Under the pieces are notes generated by a model. That model was given only the letters and a program-made list of their open reading frames with translations. It was not told the DNA's origin and did not search any database. Position numbers and translations under genes: made by a program. From Octopus bimaculoides (lineage: Eukaryota): a stretch of DNA of 64,000 nucleotides. Position 1 is the first letter of the stretch, and each line of letters begins with the position of its first letter. Positions 39,131 through 51,512 of the stretch are shown piece after piece. Location of the stretch: positions 171,527,122 to 171,591,121 of the forward strand of contig NC_068982.1 of assembly GCF_001194135.2 (NCBI RefSeq). Reading direction: 5' to 3'.

Positions 39131-40145
39131 NNNNNNNNNNNNNNNNNNNNNNNNNNNNNNNNNNNNNNNNNNNNNNNNNNNNNNNNNNNNNNNNNNNNNN
39201 NNNNNNNNNNNNNNNNNNNNNNNNNNNNNNNNNNNNNNNNNNNNNNNNNNNNNNNNNNNNNNNNNNNNNNNNNNNNNNNNNNNNNNNNNNNNNNNNNNNN
39301 NNNNNNNNNNNNNNNNNNNNNNNNNNNNNNNNNNNNNNNNNNNNNNNNNNNNNNNNNNNNNNNNNNNNNNNNNNNNNNNNNNNNNNNNNNNNNNNNNNNN
39401 NNNNNNNNNNNNNNNNNNNNNNNNNNNNNNNNNNNNNNNNNNNNNNNNNNNNNNNNNNNNNNNNNNNNNNNNNNNNNNNNNNNNNNNNNNNNNNNNNNNN
39501 NNNNNNNNNNNNNNNNNNNNNNNNNNNNNNNNNNNNNNNNNNNNNNNNNNNNNNNNNNNNNNNNNNNNNNNNNNNNNNNNNNNNNNNNNNNNNNNNNNNN
39601 NNNNNNNNNNNNNNNNNNNNNNNNNTATATGAATATATTTCCTTAACTACTCGCACACAGAGATATTTGCACTCATATCACACACTTTTACATAAAACAG
39701 TAGAGGAATAATCTATGAGAACCATTGCAATAAAAAGCAATAACGTAATAAATCATAAAATTGCATGTAAGTTGAAATGCATACATACTTTACGAACATT
39801 CTTAGCGTTACAATAATTAGTCAACGTTTTCTAGTTGCAGCGCCATTTTGGGTTCTTTTTGTCTTTGTTGATTATGAGTCTTCTTTATTTGGTTTGATTT
39901 CATTTGTTTTTCTATGCAGTATAGTATACAGCAAAGTCATAGCGTTCTATTAGCAGTCCTTTATGTTTTCCGTTCAACCCAAGAGCAAGTTGTACTTTCT
40001 GGTGAGTATATGCTAGTGTATTTATATGTATCCATGCATGTATGTGTGTGTGTGTGTGCATGTGTTTTGGCTAATTGTAGCTCATTTAATTCTACGTGAA
40101 TCAGTAAATGTAGTAGTAATGTACTGTGCACTTGATCATCTAGTG

Positions 40146-40485
40146 CAGTGGCTCCCAACTGGGAACCACTGACCATATGGCCCCCTCAGGGTCCATATAA
40201 GATTCTTGGGGGTCCACATAACAAAATAGTAAATTGAGGCTCCACAATAGTATTCTATTTTGCTTTAGGTGTTTGTATTTGTATGTTTTGCAAGAAACAG
40301 CTAGGTTTCTTCCTCTAACGTTTTACATAGTTCAACCTACACTAGTTAGCGTGTGAAAAACAAAATAGGAATTTTGAAAGAAGGTTCCGTAAAACTACTT
40401 TTTAGACATCGAATGGTTATAGGGTTCCACCTGAATAAGATAGTAATCAAAGAGTCCATAGATAAAAAATGGTTAGGAACCCCTG
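40146..40485. mobile_element. hAT-Charlie-type MITE
   Basis: TIRs are cagtggctcccaac and ggttaggaacccctg. Flanks atctagtg / atctaggt fit a degenerate 8-bp TSD with the NTCTAGAN-like target preference. Confidence 0.75.
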
Positions 40486-40899
40486 ATCTAGGTGAATTAC
40501 ATGAGGCAGGTTAGCGCTTTATCTAGTGTCAATAGTTCATAAATTTTCTGCTTACTTTCTTCCAGTCGATGTGCGTAGCAGATATTTTAGCAATAGATCG
40601 ATTTAATTTTAATTAGAACTGTTATGCTTATGCTGGTGACACACACAACAACGATGGGACGAAGTGCGTAAGGTATTCCATGGCCATAGAAGTTCACAGC
40701 TGGAGAAAAGCCTGCACTGAAGCTAAACACCCTTTCAAAGAAATGGTAGAATGATGTAATGATACAAAATTCCTTGGGATATTTCGTTTCATTCTTTTAC
40801 ATTTTAGAATAAGTACGAGTCATATAATGAATCCAGCTTAATTCCTGTATCACTACCTCAAAACTTTTAACTTTGTACCATTTATAAAAATCAATACAT

Positions 40900-41200
40900 G
40901 ACTTTTGATAATTTGTTCGAACACGGAGTGTGGAAATTACAATAGGCTCCGTCTTGTACAACTCAAATTTAGAAGCTAATGAGATCATCCTTGTACCAAA
41001 AAGCATATATAGAGGGGAGGCTGGTATGTATGGGTGATTATAAACAACCTTGCTCGTACTTGTGCCGCGGAGGGGAACTTTCTAGGTGCAATCTCATGAT
41101 CATTCATGACCAAAGGGGGTCTTTACCCTTTACCAAAAGCTTTGTGGAAAAATGCTACAAACTAGAAAGCAATTAAACTGGTGGTCAACCGTTCCACCAC
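40900..41200 (+). mobile_element. Possible very decayed Ty3/Gypsy RT fragment
   Basis: IILVPKS then (frameshifted) RLVCMGDYKQ, cf. PIVxVPKxDGxxRxCGDYK. Only two short motifs support this. Confidence 0.3.
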
Positions 41201-42110
41201 CTGGTGCAATGGAATGCGCTGTCATTCCAACACATGTTCCTTTGTTATATCTAAACTAGCTTACAGCTGTATGCGACCAGACTTTTGTAGCGAAAGAACA
41301 GAGGCGCTTAAGTGTGACCTGAATAAAAACAATTATGTAACTAAAAGCACTGGCGCTTCGCACTTACCTTATTGTCACTCTGGTTGAGAACTCATATGTA
41401 ACTAGTTACGAACCATAAGAATCAAAGAAAGTTTAAGCGTTCACTACACCTACGAAACACCGAAGCGAATTCTTCACTAAATCACTCCTCACCGTCTTAA
41501 AAAAGATGACGTATTTGAGAAAATAATCAAGTATCCGCTATATCTGGTGGCAAAAAAATGAGGAAGAGGAATGTTCAAAGATGATCTTTGATCATAAGTC
41601 TGCTCGATTCGATAAAGAGTGACCTGGAAAGAAGAAGAAGAAAATGAACGCGGTTAAGATGTTAACGTGATAAATAAAATTCTAGAAGCTTCCTTCTTCC
41701 TCCTTCTATTTCTGTCTCTACCTCTCTTTCTCTTCTCCCTTCTCTCTAATTGTCTTTTTTTTTCTTTTTCTTTTTTTCTTTTTACACATCTGGTGAAAAC
41801 GAAATCGTAAAGTGTAATTACAAGATAACAGCTGCTGTTGCTATTGCCGAGACTGAAATGAAATTTCGCGAGACTTGTGATATTGGCAAGTTTTAAAAAT
41901 CCAATCACATAATTGGAGAGGAAGCATAATTAAAAATAACGGAAAACGATGCTTTTTCTAGAAGTACCTTACAACGGTTCTCCGTATAACGTTTTAAAGT
42001 TATTATAATCGTTGACATCATTATTATACATGGTATTGACAGTATCATACCTTATCATCGCTGATATCATCATCATCATCATCATTATCATCATAATCAT
42101 CATCATTATT

Positions 42111-42340
42111 AAGGCGGCGAAATGGCAGAATCGTTTGCCTGCCGGGCGAAATGCTTAGCGGTATTTCGTCCGTCTTTACGTTATGTGATCAAATTCCGCT
42201 GAGGTCGACTTTGCCTTAAATCCTTTCGGGGTGGATAAATTAAGTATCAGTGAAACATTGAAGTCGATGTAATCGACTAGTTCCCTTCCCCAAAATTTCA
42301 AGCCTTGTGTCTTTAGAAGAAAGGATTATTTTTATTATTA
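42111..42340 (+). mobile_element. Full-length SINE family A (tail type 1)
   Basis: aaggcggcgaaatggcagaatcgtt...gcttagcggtatttcgtcc...gtcgactttgccttaaatcctttcggggtggataaattaagtatcag...gtcgatgtaatcgact...aaaatttcaagccttgtg...aaggattatt. Confidence 0.9.
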
Positions 42341-42352
42341 TTTTTCATATAT

Positions 42353-42562
42353 AAGGCGGTGAGCTGGCGGAATTGTTAAAGCACCGGACAAAACGTTTAG
42401 CGACATTTCGTCCTTCGCTATGTTCTAAGTTCGAGCTCCGCCGAGGTCAAGTTTGCCATTCATCATTTCAGGGTCGATAAGTGTCGATTGAGTACTGGAG
42501 TAATCGACTATACCCCTCCGTCAAATATTTCAGGCCTTGTGCATATAGTAGAAAGGATTGCT
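42353..42562 (+). mobile_element. SINE family A, second tandem copy
   Basis: Same head, body and tail as 42111-42340. Confidence 0.85.
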
Positions 42563-42577
42563 AATATTACACATAGT

Positions 42578-42775
42578 ACTGGCAGAATCATAGTTTACTG
42601 TATATCTGTCAACAAATTACATTCTGATATTAATTCCTACCGAAGTGAACAGTGTTGCTTTTCCCTCCGGAGTCGATAAAATAAAGCACGAGTCAAGTAC
42701 TGGAGACTTTCTCATCGAGTACTCACCTCCACTCTTATTCAAAGCTGCTTGCTTTGTGGCTACATTTGAAAGCTA
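42578..42775 (+). mobile_element. SINE family A, third tandem copy (more decayed)
   Basis: actggcagaatc...ccggagtcgataaaataaagcacgagtcaagtactggag...atcgagtactc. Confidence 0.6.
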
Positions 42776-43349
42776 ACAATATTCTCTTGAAAATAACGAA
42801 GACAGTGTACCAACTGAAGTAACGGAAATGTGACAAGAACTCAGTAAGCACTCAGATATTTCACTATTGGATAAAAATCTACTATAATAATACACTTGTG
42901 TTATTCTCTGCCACAACATATTAATAAGAAAGGACGGAGTGATAGATGAATAGGGAAGGAGAAGGTGATGGCAAACTGGTAGTGGAATGATGGAAATTCT
43001 ACGGCGAAAAAAATCAAACAGCGTTTCAACTCTGTGAGTATATGTAAAAGGGAGGTGTGTGAAGGTGTGTGCGTGTATGTATGTAATGGAAGTGGGATGG
43101 TGGACATTCAATGGTGAAAAGAAAAATCAAACTGCGTCTCAACTCTGTGTGAGTATATGTGTGTATGTGTGTGCGTGTACAAGGGAAGAATATGAATGTT
43201 TGTATGTGTAAACCAGCGTTCTTTCAGTAACAAACGATGATCGATGTCACATCTCAGAAGACAACCACTAGATAATATTGAGAAGTGTATTATTTGAATT
43301 ACTAACAATATTATATCTTTTCTCCTTATTTATATATAAAATACTACAA

Positions 43350-43525
43350 TTAGCCGTCATTTTTTAAAATATTCTATCAGCACCTTTACGCCGAGGTTGA
43401 CATTGTACTTCATACTTTTAGGGTAAATAAATTAAGTACCAGTTGGGCACTGGAGTCGATGTAATCGACTTACTCACGGCCCCCGAAATTGCTGGTCATG
43501 TGCTAAAATTCGAAAGCAATATTCT
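43350..43525 (+). mobile_element. SINE family A, 5'-decayed copy
   Basis: cgccgaggttgacattgtacttcatacttttagggtaaataaattaagtaccagttgggcactggagtcgatgtaatcgact. Confidence 0.75.
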
Positions 43526-43929
43526 ATTATCACCTGAAAGAAATGCATACGCCGATGTGGTGGGGGTGAATATCTTTCTTTGTTAATCTAATTTTAAGTC
43601 AATATTGCATTTTCACATTTTGGGAAAAAAAAATTAAATTCCAACAACATACATGAGGAACATTTTGATTTCTAGAAATAATTATATGATCAAGTCTCAA
43701 AAAATGGTAATTGCTTCTTTTGCATTTTCCTTTTTATAAATTGAATTAGATTGAATTTATCAAGCCTAACTTTATAGTACTTCGTATTTATTTATTTATC
43801 CATTATTTCTTTACCTACCTATCTGCTTATCTAGCTATTTATTTACTTATTTACCTATTTATATTTTTAGTCACCGATCTTTTATATTCTGAAGAGAGAT
43901 ACCTTTCTCTTTAGTTAACTATCTTAAGT

Positions 43930-44285
43930 TTCACTTGAAAAGAAAGTGTAGGTGGAGAGGGAATTGTTGTCTTCCAAAAAATATTTGTTGAAAAAATTGA
44001 TGAGAGTTGCTAGCATAGTTCGAGTAAATGGACCTGCTCTGAGCATGTGCCAGTAGACTGAAGGAAGCCAACTGAACACTTGCCCTTGAGATCAAGGTGT
44101 CTGAGGTTTTGTGGCTTTTCCACAAACATCCTTCAAAGATGTACCTCCCATTGGGAGAATTTTTCTTAGCTTGAAATTTTTGTGCTTTTTTCTTTGTTTT
44201 TTCCGTTCTTTTTATGTAATTTTGCACCGTTTCGTTCATGGGCCTCCTCGATATTTTGTCAAACCTTGGTGATTATAAAGAAAAC
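43930..44285 (+). mobile_element. 5'-truncated Tx1/L1-like LINE: ORF2 C-terminus plus 3' UTR
   Basis: With one frameshift it reads HLKRKxRVERELLSSKKYLLKKLMRVASIVRVNGPALSMCQ*. A T-rich UTR follows and ends ataaagaaa, abutting (TTG)/(ATC)/(ATT) repeats. The family assignment is from recalled motif resemblance, not a search. Confidence 0.5.
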
Positions 44286-44313
44286 GTTGTTGTTGTTGTT
44301 ATCATCATCATTT

Positions 44314-44369
<56 letters not shown>

Positions 44370-44372
44370 TCA
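44286..44372. repeat. (GTT)n/(ATC)n/(ATT)n microsatellite
   Basis: Direct reading. Confidence 0.95.
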
Positions 44373-46639
44373 TTATTCCGGCATGTCAAAAGGATTTTAT
44401 TTCGCTTTATGTTAGTAATTGTTTTATAATTTTATCATTTTTTCTCACTTTATGTATTTTTATCTTTTCATTTGTTTTTCACAAATGTTTCTTCTTGGTT
44501 TTTTTTTTCTATTTTTTTTATCTATTTACTTTTTTAATTTCTTTTATTGCGTATTGTAGCTGGAGGATAAAATTCACCGACTTCCAGCCCATCGAGCAAC
44601 CTCCACCCATTGGCACACACACACACACATAAAAGTTACCAAAATAAACGAGGAAAATCGTAGCTGAAAAAGTAAACATAGTTGAAATTATATGACACCA
44701 CAATAACAACATCTTAAGAAATACGGTCTGTTAGATAAAACAACAATAAACAATAACAACAACCAATAATAATGATAATGATGATGATGGTGGTGGTGGT
44801 GGTGGTGGCGGTGATTTCTAAGAATAATGTGAAGAGTGAGAGTCAGGCGAGACAAACGAACAAACGAAAAAAAAACTTAATAAAGAACATTTTAGTTTAT
44901 CGGAAATAATCTAAAAAAGACAGAGTAAGAAAAGAAAAAAAAAAGGAAAAAAAGTAGTGAATGGGGTGATGGTAAGCTGTTGATATCAGGGCTGCTGTTG
45001 GATGGTTTTAGGGCTGGTTGGGTTTGAGGATAGAAGTGGTTTCAGTTGTGTTGATGTCTGAAAGGATCAGATATGCTAAAATAATCATTGAAATCAACAA
45101 GCTTGCTTGGCAGACGCTGTCAACTCTGAAAATGTTGTATCGCCAAACACAACCTTGACGTGGGAGAAAGATATCTGCAAGTTGTAAATTGCGGCGATGT
45201 TGTTGTTGTTGTTGTTGATGTTGCTGCCTTTTATGGAGTTCTCCAGTCACTATAGTTGTTTAAATGCTTTTGTTTGTTTCTTTTGAACGAAGCATTTTCT
45301 GGAGAGCAGGGGAGATGTGGGTTTGCTTTTGCTGCTCTTGATTTTCTTGTAGTTGGTTTGCTTTTAACGATGTTATCTAAATAAATTTTATGATAAAAAA
45401 TGGAAAAAATGAACAACCTTGACAAGTTGTTCTTTTCTCAGTTGCCTTTGATCGCAATATTTGCTTTTGTTTTTTCTTTGTTTTGTTTTGTTCTTAATCT
45501 CTTTTTTTTATAGATTACATCGGGTGGATTGCAAAAATGGGTAGATCACTGGTTAAAGATCAGCTACTTGTTTATGTTCTTAGTTCAAATCGCATCTAAC
45601 TCGATTTGCCTTTGAGTCTTTCGAGTTATTGGAGTTGAGGCTGATCTCCAGCATGACCGCAATTGAAAAAGTACAAAATACAGGAAGAATATGGCGTTGG
45701 ATTACTAAACAAAGTTATTGTGGTTGGAGTTTGTTTATCTATCTCTGCACAGTCTTGATGCTTTATACTTGCTTTACTCTGGAAACTTATAGCATTGGTA
45801 AATGTGTACTAGTTGTCAATACGTTTAAACAAGTGTAACTATTCTGAAAGAATCAATGTAAACAACGTATAATTTAAGTCTTATTAACAGAAACAATGGT
45901 AACTTGTGATGTTAAATCTTTTAAAATACTCTATTGCATAGCTGCGAATCGAAATCATGCCCCCCCCCCACTTTCGACTCATCTGGGGCTAAGCAATAGT
46001 TCTGCAATGCTTTCTACCGGCTCACTAAAACTAACGAGGAAGAGGTTTGCTTTGCATCTCTGACTTCAATATTGTTATGTGTCTAGAGAATACGGCGAGA
46101 ATCTCAATATCTATTTAAGTGGGTGATATTTCTCTCAACTCTCTGTACCTCATTATCCAGGAATTTGGAGTGTTACATTTTCTGAAGGAAGAATTAAGAG
46201 GGCAAGCATTTGTATGGGGCGTAGTGTTTATTGTTATTCCTTTGACATTTCTTCTATTTTTTCAGGGTTTTTTTTTTTTTTGTTCATCCTCAGAGTTCTG
46301 GGTGTTATGCTACCTACATTTCTGCATAATGTCACGGAGATAGTAATGTCATAGAGATGACAAACGATGACGTAGACAAGTAAAGGAAAGGACTATCAAA
46401 AACTTTGTGAGTCAATACACTACAAACTCACCAGCAATTATTTATCTTTCATTAGTGGTTATATTTTCTTGCGTCGGTTATTTCACAACCATCTTTGCTT
46501 CATCTTCTCCTTCTTTCATATGTATGTATGTATGTATGNNNNNNNNNNNNNNNNNNNNNNNNNNNNNNNNNNNNNNNNNNNNNNNNNNNNNNNNNNNNNN
46601 NNNNNNNNNNNNNNNNNNNNNNNNNNNNNNNNNNNNNNN

Positions 46640-46696
<57 letters not shown>

Positions 46697-47498
46697 ATGT
46701 ATATAGATACATAAATACATACATACATATATATACATATATATTTATACATATATATATATACATACACGCACATATATATTATATATGTGTATATGTA
46801 TATATACATATATATATAGAGAGATAGAGGGAGAGAGAGAAGGAGAGGGAGAGGGAGAGATATTTGCTAATCAATTTTCTATTCCCTTCAATACACGAAT
46901 GCAACAAACTGCGGCACACAAACAACATGAAAGACCCAGTTATAAAAACAATTTATATTATATACAAGCTGTTTCCCTCAGGGAAGCAGACACTATCGGT
47001 GTTGATGAAAACTATAGTAGTTTAACTGTGTCATTAGGATACGGATGACAACTTGCCTCATTGCTGTGTAAGGCGTATATGTGTAACTCGGGGAAGCATT
47101 GTCCAAATCGAAGCTTCCTTCTACTAAAATTAACAATGACTAAATTAGAATTCAGAAATTGAAGATAAGAATATACTTAGCAACTACTATGATATCTATT
47201 TAGTATTAGTAAGATGAGGCATTTGGGAATGTCAATAAAGTCAATCAGGTAATCACGTCCTGAGGAGTATTCGTCATTCGTTCACTTCAGTCGACAATAC
47301 CGTAGCAAGGCAGTTGGCCCTTAAAAGCTCCCCGAGTTTAGGAGACGTCATGATTTAAATTTCGCGCATATTCTCAAAACACTCAAACACTCAATACACA
47401 TAGAAAGAGACGCGCGCGCGCGCACACACACACACACACACACGCACACACACTCACACACACACACNNNNNNNNNNACACACACACACGCACACACA

Positions 47499-47535
<37 letters not shown>

Positions 47536-48289
47536 ATATATGTATGTATGTATAAGTGACATGCGAACACACATTCACATATGTATCTGTATAAAGGTAC
47601 TAAAAATACATATATAAAACCAGTCACCTAGCTTCTTGCTCATTTGAAGCGGCGTCGACATACGATATCAAAGAATAAGAGAGGAGACACACACACGCAC
47701 ACACGCACACACGCACACACATGTATATAAGTGATTGGATGCTTGTATGTTCCAAGTTGCAAGCAACTGATTTGAACCACAATAGCAGAATAGCAGAAAT
47801 TTTGCATTGGATCACATCTTTTCGAGGAAGTCGTATGCTATTGTATCTTTCGAAATTCGTTCATTTTAGCTCTTGTCATAAAAAAACACTAATTACGTTT
47901 CATACCTCCCAGCACTGCAAGAAACACTGGGAAAATTTCCTGATTAGAAAAATACTTCATTTACGGCACGTTTCTAAATTAGTTCAGTATTTTGAAAAAA
48001 AAAATGTCTATTGAGTAAATTTATACTTTAGGATACGCTTTTGTTTCTGTTTTAAGAGGCTTTGTTCCGTATTTTTATGGAGTTCAACCTAAATCAACTA
48101 CTTGATTGTATGCTGAACATCAGAGTGTACAAATTTCATCAAACCCTCATTTTCCACAAGGAGATCAGAAATCTGTCAGTTCGATCCAGAGTAAGCCAGA
48201 ACCACTGAAAATAATAACAAGGAGATCAGAAATTTGTCAGTTCGATAGGGCGTAGGCCTGAATCACTGAAAACAATAAGAAGCTAGATA

Positions 48290-49850
48290 GCGAAAACAAC
48301 GGTAAGCATATGAGGAAATAGATGGACTACAAGTCTGATTACTACTCCAAAGAAAGCTACATATCAGACAAAATACATCACACTGTGATAGGCTGACATA
48401 GCTGGATTGGATGCGTTGCTGCCTGGCAGTGAGCCGAGTAAAGCCACTGATAACCATCTTGCTGGCAATGATGCTAGAAGTGGATAAAAAGAAAGTCTGG
48501 TAAAAACACCTGCATAAACCACAGTGAAATACTAGAAAGAAGTGTCGCAATACATAAGAAATTTCAATATTTTCAGCTAGTATGAGAAGGAAGTTGTAAG
48601 ACGTGATTGTAACAGCTACAGGATTTACTTTTGCTGAGAATTGCTGAGAGAATTTCTGTCCACATTGTCTTAAAGAGACAGAGGTAAATAACTGAAAAAA
48701 GTACATTCCGAGCTTCAGTATTATTTCGCATCAGAACACTCTTAAATTGAATGATGTTTTCCTTTGATAAATACGAGATAAACTCAAAGAGCAAAGAGAA
48801 CTACTGTACATCGCTTTCGTTGACCTCACGAAAGTATGCAACCATTGAATATAAGCTGTTTGTCATTGGTTGCCAAACGAGGATCCGCGTAGACATGAAG
48901 GTCGTAGTAGTCATCTTCAAAATCTTTTACCATATGTAGCAGCATAAAAGAGAGCACTATTTGCTTTCGGCATCTCTTTCATGGCACTGCTAAAACGCTC
49001 TGTTAAAACAACAAGAGAGGATGCCTGCATTCATATGAGGGCAGATAGGAGAATGAACGGTCTATCCCAGCTGTTGGTGAAAACCAAAGTACAGGAAATA
49101 CACATCAAGCTATATTACTTGCAAACAACACTGTGCAGACTCTGAAGATAAAGTGCAAGACATTCATGATTCAGTTTAAGCATTTTTCTGTAAAAAAGAC
49201 CAAAGTATTTTATAAATGTCGAAAATCTGCCATTATCAGCAATTTCGAGCTGAAGGTGTTGCACGAATTAAAATAACTTGGCTTCACCACCAGGAGCATC
49301 TTTTATCTAGAGTCTGACATCAAGTAGTGGATCTAAAGAGAAACCGCAACAGTTGCTAAGCTGCCAAAAATTGTGGGTAAATAGCAAATTATCGAAACAA
49401 TGCAGATTGTCTACGTCTTTAACTAGATCTGAAGCCTCTATTCCGGTCAGCGTAATGTTTCAACAACTCCAAACTTGGCAACTTGAGATAAATCCTGGAT
49501 ATGAAATGGACTGACCAAATAACCGACATTAAAGTACAAATAACTTCATTTTGATTCAACGAAGACATTTTGCAATCTATCATGCTAAGTACGCTCATAA
49601 TATGTCAGAGGAGAGTATCACGGAAAACCTGCTGCACAGAGAATCAATCTTTGGCAGGACGGCCAAATCGGTCTTTGCTTCAAAGATGCCTGCAATAGGA
49701 ATGTGAAGTGACAAGGCGGGAATACATCACAAGTGATTTTTCCAAACAGAGGCTGGAAATAAGGTGTTTAAAAAGTAAGCTAGGTCTTGCTGCAAAACAA
49801 TGGAGTATTTCATGAAAACTATATACCATGACAACGATGGTTCAGAATGC
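48290..49850 (+). mobile_element. Decayed RTE (BovB-like) LINE ORF2
   Basis: QRELLYIAFVDLTKV at ~48790-48840 (cf. EQxxPLYIAFIDLTKAFD). Upstream is an RDCNSYR-like segment and downstream is ILLANNT (cf. LLFADD). Heavily frameshifted. Confidence 0.75.
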
Positions 49851-50097
49851 ACTCAATAACCGTTATTGCAGCCGTGTCTGTTATGCTAGAGAAAGTTTGA
49901 AAGAAACTAAGACAGCAAGAAAGAAAAACAAAACAGGTGCACAATAAGAGTCGATAAATATAGTGTACTTGATCTCAAAGCGTTGCAGGCAAAACGAATA
50001 CTACAAGGCATTCTGACGCGTTAACTACTCCACTAACTCCCAACCATGGGTGTGAATGTGTGTATGTATCTGTCTGCCTGTGTCTGTACGGGAGTGC

Positions 50098-50137
<40 letters not shown>

Positions 50138-50368
50138 GAGTATTTATATACTCATATACATATAGATACATGCACACACACACACACACACACACGCACA
50201 CACATATACATATATATCTATATATACACACAAAATTATGCACATATCTGTTTATATGTAGGTGTGCATACATTTTTATGGGTACGTTTGTATGTATGTT
50301 TGTATATCAGTATATACATACATGCATACATGTATATATATATATGTATGTGTATATGTTTGCATGTA

Positions 50369-50452
<84 letters not shown>

Positions 50453-51071
50453 CATTTATATAGATGTTTACTGAACATCTATATACATATGGTTGGATAA
50501 GGCTGTGCATGCGTGTGCATCTGTAACAGAGGGAGAGAGTGTATGTGTGACTGAGAGCGAGAAATGTAATTAAATTTGCAATATTGCAGTATGATATATG
50601 CAGATAAATATGTCATGAAACAAAATTTAATCTGCACTGCATATTGGGAATGCAATATTACCTGCTATCTATCAGGATGTTAGATATTACGTTAAAAGAC
50701 ATACATGCGTACAGTCACACATGCCCGCATATATGAGAGCATGTGCGTAGTCATGCATGCGATTGCAAACAGACACACACGCACATACACACGCGCGCGT
50801 GCACTTACACACATGCACTGAAGATAATAACTTTTATCATCGAATTGCGGATAAGAATCAAATATTAGTCAACACACACACGCACACACACACATATATA
50901 TATATACATATATATATATTACACNNNNNNNNNNNNNNNNNNNNNNNNNNNNNNNNNNNNNNNNNNNNNNNNNNNNNNNNNNNNNNNNNNNNNNNNNNNN
51001 NNNNNNNNNNNNNNNNNNNNNNNNNNNNNNNNNNNNNCCCCCCCCCCCAACACACACCCATATATATCTAC

Positions 51072-51105
<34 letters not shown>

Positions 51106-51341
51106 ATATCAATACATATATATATATTTATGTATATAGAAATTTACATATGTATATATATATATATAATGAATATATATATATATATATATTCATGATA
51201 TATCATATATACATATACCTATGTATCTGTATATCTTCCCGTACGTGCATTTGCATATCTATATACCTACCTACATAACTACCTACCTGGCAGTCTACCT
51301 TAAATACATATACACACACACACATACACACACACACACAC

Positions 51342-51380
<39 letters not shown>

Positions 51381-51444
51381 NNNNNNNNNNNNNNNNNNNN
51401 NNNNNNNNNNNNNNNNNNNNNNNNNNNNNNNNNNNNNNNNNNNN

Positions 51445-51512
<68 letters not shown>

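Noticed and set aside
45008-45425. Poly-Q-containing minus-strand ORFs
   Set aside because: The Q/N runs come from a (CAA)n tract. The frames are interrupted by stops, no donor site was found, and no family was recognised.
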